Assembly: GCA_000092065.1 (NCBI GenBank)
Contig: CP000591.1
Origin: Ostreococcus lucimarinus
Lineage: Eukaryota
Length of the DNA stretch: 64,000 bases
Direction: 5' to 3' (one strand)
The stretch's first letter is position 1. Each line of letters opens with the position of its first letter. A program made the position numbers and the translations under genes. Shown one piece after another: positions 37,771 through 48,189 of this stretch. The notes beneath the pieces were generated by a model. It was given only the letters and a program-made list of their open reading frames with translations, was not told where the DNA came from and did no database searches.

Positions 37771-38349
37771 TCAGATGACCAGTAAGCACACGATCACCAG
37801 GGTTCCGATGGCGAGCAGATATCGCGATAGCAGCAACTGACTCGCCTGTTCCGTGCTCAATTCGTCGCTGCTCCTCAAACCCAGCAACGTCGCCAGTCCC
37901 GCCGCCGATTCCAGCGGCGGCGCGCCGCCTCCCTCGCGCTTCGCCCCCCCCCTCGCGGTGTTCGCCCCGAACCCGTACAGCGGGATCAACATATCCTTCG
38001 TCATCTCTCCCTTGCACACCGGGCACGCCACGTTATCGCCGACGCTCAGCCACGTGTTGATGCATCGCCAGCAGTACAAGTGCCCGCACGGCGTCACCAC
38101 CGGCTCCCGCGCGACTTCGAAGCACACGTTGCACTCAAATTTTTCCTTCGTTCCTCCCTCCCCATCGCCTCGCGCGACGTCCGAATCGAACGACGCGCGC
38201 GACGTTCGCCTCACCGCGCCCGCGCTACGTCTCCGCGCGCCCTCGTCCTCGCCCGCGTCTCGCGTCGTCGTCGCCCCGTCGCCGCGCCCTCGTCCCCGCG
38301 CCGACGTCGTCGCTCGCCCCGACGTCGTCGCGCTCGCGTCCGCGTCCAT
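37771..38349 (-). CDS. RNF5/RNF185-like RING (C3HC4) E3 ubiquitin ligase with a C-terminal TM anchor
   Basis: FECNVCFEVAREPVVTPCGHLYCWRCINTWL...CPVCKGEMTKDMLIPLYGFG aligns closely with RNF5. C-terminal TM LLAIGTLVIVCLLVI. The upstream part of the track ORF is Arg-rich antisense of the MFS gene. Confidence 0.7.
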   Translation of the reverse strand: MDADASATTSGRATTSARGRGRGDGATTTRDAGEDEGARRRSAGAVRRTSRASFDSDVARGDGEGGTKEKFECNVCFEVAREPVVTPCGHLYCWRCINTWLSVGDNVACPVCKGEMTKDMLIPLYGFGANTARGGAKREGGGAPPLESAAGLATLLGLRSSDELSTEQASQLLLSRYLLAIGTLVIVCLLVI

Positions 38350-38977
38350 CGTCCCCGTCGACGCGCTCCGTCGCGACGTTTTTCTCGCCGTCGCGCGCGC
38401 CATGTCGTCGGCGTCGTCGCCGCGCGGCGCGTTCGCGACGCTTCGGATCGCGACGCTTCGGCGCGCGCCGATCGACGCGCCTCGGCGATCCGTCGCGTCG
38501 CGCGTCGCGCGCGCCGATCGAGGTCGACGCGCGGCGATCGCGCGTCGTCGCGCGCGCGCTCGTCGCGCGCGCGCGTGTGTGGACGCGCGCGACGGATTCG
38601 ATTCGCCGCGTCGGACGAGCGTCGCGGCGCGGCGACGCGACAAGGCGACGCGCGACGCGCGCGCATCCTCGATGACGCCGACGACGGCGACGCGCGTCGC
38701 GACGCCGGCGACGCGCGCGACGGACGCGACGCGCGCGCGAGCGACGACGAGGCGCAGAGGCGAGACGGCGCGACGACGCGCGAGCGACGCGCGCGCGCGA
38801 ACGACGACGGCGCGCGGCGCGAGACGCGAGAGCTCGGACGCGCGCGCGACGACGGGGACGGCGGCGAACGACGCGCGCGAAACGGCGGCGCGGCGAGGGA
38901 CGACGCGCGCGAGGGCGAACGCGAGGGCGAACGCGGCGACGACGCGCGAGGACGAGACGACGACGACGAGGTATCGA

Positions 38978-40255
38978 ATGGTGGTGGTGTCGCTCGTGGC
39001 GTTCGCGCTGATGCTGTGCAACGCGGATCGGGTGATCATGGCGGTGGCGGGGGTGCCGCTGGCGGCGGCGAACGGGTGGGGCGAACGCGCCGTCGGGTTG
39101 GTGCAGAGCTCGTTCCTGTGGGGGTACGCGCTGACGCCGCTCGTCGGCGGGATGTTGGCGGATAGATACGGTGGGAAGGTGGTGCTCGGGGCGGGTATCG
39201 CGGTTTGGTCGCTGGCGACCGTGGCGACGCCGTTCGCGGCGACGAGCGGAGGCTTGGCGCCGCTGCTCGTCGCGCGCGCGGTCATGGGGCTGGGGGAGGG
39301 CGTGGCGTTGCCGTGCATGAATAACGTCATCTCCCGGTGGGTGCCGAGGACCGAGCGTTCGCGCGCGGTGGCGATTTCTATGGGAGGATTTCAAAGCGGT
39401 TCGATGATTGGCTTGCTCGCGGCGCCCGCGCTCCTGGCGAGAGGCGGCGTTCCCGGACCGTTCATCCTCTTCGGCGCGCTCGGTTTGGCGTGGGCGGCGA
39501 TTTGGCACTTCGCCGCGACGACGTATCCCAAAGATTGCAAAATGGTGGGCGCCCGCGAGTTGAATTACATCGTCGACTCTCCCGGAGGCGCGCTCACGTC
39601 GTCGTCGTCGACGCTCAAGGACGCGGCGCCTCCGCCCTTTAAATTATTGCTGTCCAAAGCCCCGACCTGGGCGTGCATCATCGCCAACTTTGTCAATAAC
39701 TGGGGTTTTTTCATCCTTCTGGCGTGGATGCCGCTCTATTTCAAGCAAGTCGTCGGTCTTAACCTCAGAGAAGCCGCGTGGTTTAGCGCGCTTCCGTGGG
39801 CCACCATGGCGGCGAGCGGCGTCGTCGCGGGAACATTGGCGGATAACTTGATCAACTCTCGCGGTTGGTCGGTGACTGCGACGCGCAAATTCATTCAAGG
39901 CGTCGGTTTCATCGGTCCTGCGATTTGTTTGATCATTCTGGCCGCGTATGGAGCGCAGATGACGGCGGCGCGCGCGGTGACGACGCTCACCGTCGCGTGC
40001 GGGTGCACGGCGTTTACGCAAGCGGGATTTTTGGTCAACTTTCAAGAGATCGGCCCGAAATACGCAGGCGTGCTGCACGGCATGGCGAACACCGCGGGGA
40101 GTATCGCGGGAATGGTTGGAACGTACGCCACCGGCGCCGTGTTGGAGGCCACGGGTGGGAACTGGAGCGCCGTACTCTACATAACCGCCGTCGTCTACGC
40201 CTTGGGCGCGGCGACGTGGTTGACGATGAGCACGGGCGAGCGCGTATTTGATTGA
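38978..40255 (+). CDS. MFS transporter, SLC17/anion:cation symporter family (ANTR/sialin-like)
   Basis: Polytopic MFS protein. The N-terminal TM region MVVVSLVAFALMLCNADRVIMAVAG...WGYALTPLVGGMLADRYGGK is typical of SLC17/ANTR. An in-frame upstream ATG at 38672 could add a transit-peptide-like Ala/Arg/Thr-rich extension. Confidence 0.7.
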   Translation: MVVVSLVAFALMLCNADRVIMAVAGVPLAAANGWGERAVGLVQSSFLWGYALTPLVGGMLADRYGGKVVLGAGIAVWSLATVATPFAATSGGLAPLLVARAVMGLGEGVALPCMNNVISRWVPRTERSRAVAISMGGFQSGSMIGLLAAPALLARGGVPGPFILFGALGLAWAAIWHFAATTYPKDCKMVGARELNYIVDSPGGALTSSSSTLKDAAPPPFKLLLSKAPTWACIIANFVNNWGFFILLAWMPLYFKQVVGLNLREAAWFSALPWATMAASGVVAGTLADNLINSRGWSVTATRKFIQGVGFIGPAICLIILAAYGAQMTAARAVTTLTVACGCTAFTQAGFLVNFQEIGPKYAGVLHGMANTAGSIAGMVGTYATGAVLEATGGNWSAVLYITAVVYALGAATWLTMSTGERVFD

Positions 40256-40820
40256 TTTAGTAATAATGCAAACAATGTGATAATATTATCATAAAGTACA
40301 ACATTTGCCGAAGACCGCAAAAATCGCGCGCTGAGCCAACCGTTTACGAGCGCGCCGCGTCGTCGCGCGCGCCATCGTCGATTCCCATCGGCCGAGTTGA
40401 TGAAGCGATAGATCGTGTCACGATCGCACTCGTCCGAGGCGTTCGCGCCGGATCGTCGCGCGTCGAGACGTGACGATTGCAGCGCGTCGCTTTGATCGGC
40501 GGCGCCACGTCAGACACATGGGTTATGGGCGCCTATTTAGCCTATTTACGTGCCGGTGCGCGCGTTTGACGATCGGTTGGTTGACGATTGATGGCGAGCG
40601 CGCGTTCGATTGATTCGAAGTAGTGATGCTCGTTATTTTCGTTCGAAGGGACATGGATCTTTCGCTGGGAGGTGGTGTTGAATGAACACCAATTTTGCGC
40701 GGTTGACCCGCACAATTGGTTTAAAGACAACCGAGTTTAAAGCTCAGCGGTCTATACTTTTTCTTTTTTGATTGTTTGTTTGAGAGTGAAACACCTTAGA
40801 AAGGATACGTCACCGGGCGC

Positions 40821-41973
<1,153 letters not shown>

Positions 41974-41990
41974 GCGTTTTTTTAAAACGC
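41974..41990 (+). other. Perfect 7-bp stem, 3-nt loop hairpin (gcgtttt-ttt-aaaacgc) starting at the first base after the H4 stop codon; a possible histone mRNA 3' stem-loop analogue
   Basis: Seen in the sequence. It is not the metazoan consensus GGCYCTTYTNAGRGCC. Confidence 0.3.
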
Positions 41991-42209
41991 CGACCGACGT
42001 CTACGTACGCGCAAGCGAAACAAACTCAAGACGCGTCTCTCGACGCGTCTCGAAAACACTGGTGTTCAAAAAATTAACACCACCAATTCTAAAAGGTTCC
42101 TTCGTCTCGGCTAAAATCGCGCGTCTCGTTCGTCGCTCGCGTTCTGTCGTTCGCGCTTGAAATTTGAAAATTTGAAATCACCCGACAGCCGGTCGCGTGG
42201 ACGCGCTCC

Positions 42210-42860
42210 ATGGCGCCGCGCGCGTCCGCCGCGGTCGCGACCGTCGCGGTCGTCGCGGCCGCGACGACGATTTGGTATTACCGTCGCCATCGCCGACGCG
42301 AGCGAAGCGACGACGGGCGCGCGTTCGAGCGCGAGCAAATTCGTCTCAAGAGTGCGTTGGCGAAACTCGCGCGCGATGGCAACCTCGCGCGCGCGTCCGA
42401 CACCGGTGCGATGGTGTCGTTGACGAAAGAACAATGCGGTGGAACGACCGCGAGGTACGCTTGGACGCAGAGCGAAGATGAGATCGTCGTGAGCTTCGCC
42501 GCGCCCGCGGACGCGACGTCCCGCGAGTGCGAGGTGACGCTGACGTCCACCGCGGCGACGGTTCGCGTGCGAGGACAGACGCTGCTGGACGGGGAGTTGA
42601 CTCGGGCAATAGTGAAGGATGATTCGTATTGGGAGCTGGAAAGCGACGGTTCGCAGAAGGTGCTGCGACTTTCGCTGACCAAGCTTCGGCGGACGTGCGC
42701 CAAGTTTCACTGGCCGAGCGTGTGCGTCGGGGAACCGGAGATCGACGTCGCCGCGTTCGGCGATCCCGTGATGGGGGTGACGGGAAATTTGAACGGCGAT
42801 GCGATGAAGACGATGATGGAGGACGTGGCGGCGATGCGACGCGACGCCGAGAAAAATTAG
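42210..42860 (+). CDS. CS-domain (p23/NudC/Sgt1-like) protein with an N-terminal hydrophobic anchor
   Basis: N-terminal TM-like AAVATVAVVAAATTIWYY. The CS-like beta-sandwich segment is YAWTQSEDEIVVSF...VRVRGQTLLDGELTRAIVKDDSYWELE. Confidence 0.45.
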   Translation: MAPRASAAVATVAVVAAATTIWYYRRHRRRERSDDGRAFEREQIRLKSALAKLARDGNLARASDTGAMVSLTKEQCGGTTARYAWTQSEDEIVVSFAAPADATSRECEVTLTSTAATVRVRGQTLLDGELTRAIVKDDSYWELESDGSQKVLRLSLTKLRRTCAKFHWPSVCVGEPEIDVAAFGDPVMGVTGNLNGDAMKTMMEDVAAMRRDAEKN

Positions 42861-42905
42861 CGTTAGACGACTCAATAGAAATTTTTTAATACATAGGCGG
42901 ATCGA

Positions 42906-43712
42906 TCAATCGTCGCTCGTTATCGTAGTCACGGGCACCGGAACCGTCTCGCGAAGCGAAACGTTCATCGCGTCATCGAGCCCATCCGCCGCCGACGCGT
43001 GCGCGGCGGCGTATTGTCGTTTCCGCGCGTCTAGCGCGTCGCACGCGCGCCAGACGACGTCGTCGCCCACGAATCTCGCTCCCGCGATCGCGAGCGCCAC
43101 GAACGCGACGCAGACGCAAATCATCCCCAGTGACTGTCTCGGAATCTCCCCAAACTTCCCCGCCGCGAAGAGCGGCTGCACCTCGACGTCGTACGTCACG
43201 TACTCTGGCGCCGTCGCGCCCGCCCAATACACCCCCTCCCGCTCCGCTCGCACCACGACGCGCGCGCGCGTCATCCCCTCCCCGAGCGTCCGTCTGCTCA
43301 ACACTAACTTTTCCACGTTCAGCAGCCTCCTCCGTAGCTCCGTGCGTCCATCCGACGTCGTCCCGCCGACCCAACCGCCGCCGCCGCCGAACCACCCGCC
43401 GCCGCCGAGCCATCCCGAGTCCAACTCCACCGCGATCGCCGCCGCGCTCGTCGCTCGGTACGACACCTTCACCTCGTACGCCGTGTTTGCTTTCAGATCT
43501 CGCACGTCGTACGCGTGCGCGCGTCCGAACGCCAGCTCGACGTCCCGCGCGCGCGTCCCCGGCGTGAGCGTCGTCGGTCGTCGCGCCGTCGCGCGCGCCT
43601 CGGCGCGCGTCACCGCGCGCGCGACGACCGCCGCGAGCAGCGCGAGCAGGCGCGTCGCGCGCGCGCGACGCCGCGCGCGACGCCGCGCCGTCGGCGTCGG
43701 CGGCGTCGACAT
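42906..43712 (-). CDS. Hypothetical type I membrane protein with a Gly-rich repeat (signal peptide plus C-terminal TM)
   Basis: Signal-like [34 protein letters not shown] and GWLGGGGWFGGGGGWVGG. TM GMICVCVAFVALAIAG. ATG verified at 43710-43712. Confidence 0.4.
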   Translation of the reverse strand: MSTPPTPTARRRARRRARATRLLALLAAVVARAVTRAEARATARRPTTLTPGTRARDVELAFGRAHAYDVRDLKANTAYEVKVSYRATSAAAIAVELDSGWLGGGGWFGGGGGWVGGTTSDGRTELRRRLLNVEKLVLSRRTLGEGMTRARVVVRAEREGVYWAGATAPEYVTYDVEVQPLFAAGKFGEIPRQSLGMICVCVAFVALAIAGARFVGDDVVWRACDALDARKRQYAAAHASAADGLDDAMNVSLRETVPVPVTTITSDD

Positions 43713-43916
43713 CGCCGCGACGCGCTCGACAGTGACGCAGACGCAGACGCAGACCGACGCGACGCGACGCGACGCCGGACGCGACGCGACGTCGGACGCG
43801 CGCGACGCTTCGCGCGTCGCATGCTCGCGCGCGCGCGCGTCGCGGCGTCGTCGAGCGCGAGCGCGCGTCGTCGCGGTGCGTCGACGAAGGCGGAGCGACG
43901 ACGCGACGCGTGCGTC

Positions 43917-45389
43917 ATGCGCGCCGAAAGCGCGCGCGCGACGTTCGAACGTGGACAAGACACCCTGCGCGTGTCGTATGAATTACATCGCGAGAACCGC
44001 GCGCGCGCGGTGGAGGCGATGCGGGCGCGCGGCGACGGCGACGGCGTCGTCGCGATGACGGGCGGCCGGCAGACGCGACGATACTCGACGGATAACGAAC
44101 CGTTGTTTCGACAGGAGTCGTACTTTCACTGGATGTTCGGAGTGCTGGAGGGCGATTGTCACGGCGCGTTGGACGCGAGGACGGGGAAGTCGACGCTGTT
44201 CGTGCCGAGACTACCACAGGAGTACGCGATTTGGATGGGCGCCATCGAGACGCGCGAATCGTTCGCGGAACGGTATCTCGTGGACGAGGTGATGTACGCG
44301 GACGAGTTCGAGGGGTACTTGAAGGCGTTAGACACCAAGATATACGTGTTAAAAGGGGTGAACTCGGACAGTGGGGACGTGACGGACGGTTTGGGGGCGG
44401 AATTGGAAGCCGCGCTGGGGGCGACGAAGATCGACGCCACAGACGCTTTGTTCAACGTCATCACCGAGCTTCGCACGGTGAAGACGGCGCGCGAGCAAGA
44501 GGTTTTGAAATACGCGAGCAAGATTAGTTCCATGGCGCACGTGGAGGTGATTCGCTCGTTAAAGCCGGGAATGATGGAGTATCAACTCGAATCGTTGTTC
44601 AAGCACACGTGTTACAGTCGAGGCGGGATGCGGAACGAATCGTACACGTCGATTTGCGCCGCGGGTAAAAACGGGGCAACGTTGCATTACGGTCACGCTG
44701 GCGCCCCGAACTCGGCGCAAATCAAAGAAGGCGATTTAGTGTTGATGGACATGGGCGCGGAGTACCACTGCTACGCCGCCGACATCACGACGACGGTTCC
44801 GGCTGGTGGAAAGTTCACCCCGGACGCGAAGATCATCTACGAGGGCGTTTTGGCCGCGCATCAAGCGGTGTTGAAAGCGTTGAAGCCTGGATGCGCGTGG
44901 CTCGACTTGCAGCGTCTCGCGGAAACGCATATTCTGCGCGCGTTGGTCGATGGCGGCTTTCTCGTCGGCGACATCGACGAGATGATGGCGAAACGAGTGA
45001 GCGCCACGTTCATGCCGCACGGTCTCGGCCATCACCTCGGCGTGGACACGCACGATGTTGGTGGTTACGGGCTCCCGGGAACACCCGCGCGGAGCACCGA
45101 GCCTGGATTGAAGAATTGCAGAACAGCATCCTTGATGAAGGAAGGCAACGTCATGACGATCGAGCCGGGATGCTATTTCATCGACGTTTTGCTCGACAGG
45201 GCTCTCGCCGACGGATCCGACATCAAGCAATATTTTGTTGCCGATCGCGTGAACGCGTGTCGATCGATGGGTGGCGTACGATTAGAAGATAACGTCGTCG
45301 TCACCGCCGACGGTTGCCAGTCTTGGACGAGCGTTCCTCGCACCGTCGCCGAAGTCGAAGCCGTCATGGCTGGCGCGTCTTGGCCGTGA
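43917..45389 (+). CDS. Xaa-Pro dipeptidase (prolidase, M24B)
   Basis: Prolidase N-terminal domain (FRQESYFHWMFGV) and pita-bread metal-binding motifs HYGHAG, DMGAEYHCYAADIT, HGLGHHLGVDTHDVGG, GNVMTIEPGCYF and VRLEDNVVVT. 490 aa from the ATG at 43917. Confidence 0.85.
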   Translation: MRAESARATFERGQDTLRVSYELHRENRARAVEAMRARGDGDGVVAMTGGRQTRRYSTDNEPLFRQESYFHWMFGVLEGDCHGALDARTGKSTLFVPRLPQEYAIWMGAIETRESFAERYLVDEVMYADEFEGYLKALDTKIYVLKGVNSDSGDVTDGLGAELEAALGATKIDATDALFNVITELRTVKTAREQEVLKYASKISSMAHVEVIRSLKPGMMEYQLESLFKHTCYSRGGMRNESYTSICAAGKNGATLHYGHAGAPNSAQIKEGDLVLMDMGAEYHCYAADITTTVPAGGKFTPDAKIIYEGVLAAHQAVLKALKPGCAWLDLQRLAETHILRALVDGGFLVGDIDEMMAKRVSATFMPHGLGHHLGVDTHDVGGYGLPGTPARSTEPGLKNCRTASLMKEGNVMTIEPGCYFIDVLLDRALADGSDIKQYFVADRVNACRSMGGVRLEDNVVVTADGCQSWTSVPRTVAEVEAVMAGASWP

Positions 45390-45708
45390 GCTCATCTCTC
45401 GCGCGCATCGTCGCCATCAAATCACAAAAATTTCTACTAGTTTTACACGTCATCGTTATTGCTAATCACCATCGTACACAGTTCACTTTGTCTCCTTTGT
45501 CTCCTTTGTCTCCTTCGTCGACGTCGGCGCCAATCGATCCTCTCGAAAGTTCGGCGCCGGCGTCGTCCTCGGCAGATGTCTGTAATCGTACAGCAAACTA
45601 TCCGCCACGTGTTCCTCCTCCTCATCGTTCTTCCGTTCGCTGTACGTGCGCCACCACGTCTTCAAACTCTCGTCGTACCGCGCCGCTTTCGTCGCCGTCT
45701 CAACCACC

Positions 45709-45715
45709 GTCGTCT

Positions 45716-45756
<41 letters not shown>
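45709..45756. repeat. (gtc)n trinucleotide repeat (~14 units) ending 6 bp before the methyltransferase ATG; an antisense ORF reads it as poly-Thr
   Basis: Read directly from the sequence. Confidence 0.9.
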
Positions 45757-45762
45757 CCGTAG

Positions 45763-47022
45763 ATGGCCTCCAACACGTGCGCCGGCACCGCGGTTCCGCC
45801 TCGCGCCGTCGCGGGCGCGCGCGTCTCGGCGTCGCGCGCCGACATCGTCGCGAAGTGTCGCGGCGTCCCCGCCGGGACACCGCGCCGCGACGCCATGACG
45901 CGCGCGCAGGCGTCGATCGGCGTCGATCGCGCCGTCGCGCGCGCGCGCGCGACGACGCGAACGCCGCGGTGCGCGCGCGCGGCGTTCGCGTCGCGCTCGG
46001 ACGACGCGCCGTGCGTCGTCGACGACGAAGACGCCGAGGCGAAGCGAATAAAACAGCGCGCGCACCGAAAACGGAACCGCGCGCGGTGCAGGACCCGCGC
46101 GAACGAGCGCGTGGACGCGTTGCTCGAGAAGTTTCGCGCGCTGCGACCGCTCGAACGCGCGAACGACGATGGATCGTGGGAGACGGTGTACGCGGAGGAG
46201 GAGGAAGACCGGGACGACGGCGTCGACTGGGACGGGCTGCCGCCGGGCGCGGACCCGTTCGGGACGAATAAGAAGGGTGGACGAGAGCGAGGGATGCGGA
46301 AGCGGAATCAAGTGATGACGTTCGTGAAACACTTGCGAGCGCTACTTTCGCTGCGAGGGCGAAGGGAGATAAAGAGGTGCGTCGATTTTGGATGCGGTAC
46401 GGGGAACGTTTTGATGACGTGCGCGGCGACGTTTCCGGAAATCGACTTCGTCGGCGTCGATTTGAACGCGACGAGCATTGAGATTTTAAACTCGAGGATT
46501 CGGAAATCGGGGTTGACAAACGTCAGCGCGGTGGTCGGATTGATCGAAGACGGCGATACGTTCGGGGCGGACTGCGCGTTGGCGCTGCACGTGTGCGGGA
46601 GCGCAACGGATCGAGTGTTAAACAGCGCGGTGCGAGCGAGAATCCCGTTCGTCATCGCGCCTTGTTGCGTGGGCAAAGTTCAAGAGGGTGGGATGCGAAG
46701 CTTGAATCGCATGCGTAACGATTTGATTTCGCTCGATAAAATAGAAGACATCGAGCGGCCGAGGTCGAGGCTGATGCGAGCCGCGGGTTTCGATTTCGAA
46801 GCGTACATGTCTGCCGCGACTTTGGCCGATTGGAGCGGGCACCAGGGCGTGGATCCGAGCGATCCGAACGAGCCTCTCGCCGCGCTTCCGAGACGCGCGA
46901 AGAGCGCCATCGAGGCGGATCGTGGGGAGTTTGCACGAGAGCACGCTTACGACGTGACGTTGCACAAGATGCCCGCGCAAAGCGGCATTCGCGATGACGT
47001 CTTGGTCGGGATCCCACTTTGA
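45763..47022 (+). CDS. SAM-dependent methyltransferase, METTL25/Methyltransf_32-like
   Basis: Motif I VDFGCGTGNVLM, plus ALHVCGSATDRVLN...PFVIAPCCVG typical of the METTL25 family. The start could instead be 45895. Confidence 0.55.
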   Translation: MASNTCAGTAVPPRAVAGARVSASRADIVAKCRGVPAGTPRRDAMTRAQASIGVDRAVARARATTRTPRCARAAFASRSDDAPCVVDDEDAEAKRIKQRAHRKRNRARCRTRANERVDALLEKFRALRPLERANDDGSWETVYAEEEEDRDDGVDWDGLPPGADPFGTNKKGGRERGMRKRNQVMTFVKHLRALLSLRGRREIKRCVDFGCGTGNVLMTCAATFPEIDFVGVDLNATSIEILNSRIRKSGLTNVSAVVGLIEDGDTFGADCALALHVCGSATDRVLNSAVRARIPFVIAPCCVGKVQEGGMRSLNRMRNDLISLDKIEDIERPRSRLMRAAGFDFEAYMSAATLADWSGHQGVDPSDPNEPLAALPRRAKSAIEADRGEFAREHAYDVTLHKMPAQSGIRDDVLVGIPL

Positions 47023-47181
47023 GCGCTCGCGTGTATTCTTTGTCTAATTGTTTGTCTATTGTTTCTATAGCTAGTCTACGTTGTCATGATTCTTGGTCGG
47101 GATCCCACTTTGAGCGCTCGCGTGTATTCTTTGTCTAATTGTTTGTCTATTGTTTCTATAGCTAGTCTACGTTGTCATGAT
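47000..47181. repeat. Perfect tandem duplication of a 91-bp unit covering the whole stop-to-stop spacer between the convergent methyltransferase and RluA genes
   Basis: tcttggtcgggatcccactttgagcgctcgcgtgtattctttgtctaattgtttgtctattgtttctatagctagtctacgttgtcatga occurs at 47000-47090 and 47091-47181. Copy 1 contains the methyltransferase stop; copy 2 ends in the RluA stop. Confidence 0.9.
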
Positions 47182-48079
47182 GACTCATCAGTCATCGCCT
47201 CGAGCGTCGACCGCAGCAGCGGTTGATCGTCAAACCAGGCGCCCGAATCTTTCGCCAACGCGCTCGGAAAGTGCCGCTCGAACGCCTCGAGATCCCACGC
47301 CTCGCCCTCATCTGGGCTACATATTATCTGAATCGCCGGTCCCAGGCCTAAAGATTCGGGAATGCGTATCGCGCACGCGTGCAAGTAGCATCGTTCCGCG
47401 ACGGCCCCCGAATACACGTCGTCGCCCAACAGCGGCGCGCCGAGCGATTTCGCGCACACTCGCAACTGATGCGTCTTCCCAGTCAGCGGTCGAAATATGA
47501 ACATTCGTCGCCCTTTCGCTCCGAAGCTCACGAATTTCGTCACCGCCGGATTATCTTTCGTGTTCGTCAGTTTGTACGCCTTTCGCCGCGCTCGCGCCAT
47601 GTCCCCCGTCACCGTCCCCATCTTCTTCTTCGGCTTTTTCCCCGAAATCCCGACGTAATACTTGACGATCGCCCGCGTCGCGAACCCATCGCTCAGTTTC
47701 TTCGCCGCGTCCGCCGTCTTCGCGAACACTAGCGTCCCGCTCGTGCCCTTGTCCAACCTGTGCACGGCGCGAAGGCGCTCTTCGCGCGCGTCGCGACTCG
47801 CGCGCAGCCGCGCCAGCGCCCCAGGTTCGAATTCGCTGTGAAACGACACCCCCGGCGGTTTATTCACGATCACCACCGCGTCGTTTTCGTACAGCACGCG
47901 CGGCGTCTTCGCGTTTTCGCGCGTTGTCCCGCTCGAGGTCGTTACCTCGTCGTCGTCGTCGTCGTCGTCGCGCGCGAGCGCGCGCGCGCGCCGCGGCGCG
48001 CCGACCGCGCGCGACGGTCCAACGAACCCTCGACGATGGACCCGCGCGGCGCGCGCGGCGCGGCGCGGCCCCGCGACGG

Positions 48080-48118
<39 letters not shown>

Positions 48119-48119
48119 T
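47175..48119 (-). CDS. RluA-family pseudouridine synthase (RPUSD-like) with a poly-Thr/poly-Asp presequence
   Basis: Motifs VLYENDAVVIVNKPPGV, HRLDKGTSGTLVFAKT (catalytic Asp) and HQLRVCAKSLGAPLLGDDVY. The first ATG is at 48117-48119; the track start is TTG. Confidence 0.8.
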
Positions 48120-48189
48120 CGCAACGCGCGCGTCTGACGCCAGTTCGCGCCGCGTCGTCGAGTCGTCTCGACGCGCGGCGCGCGCGCCG

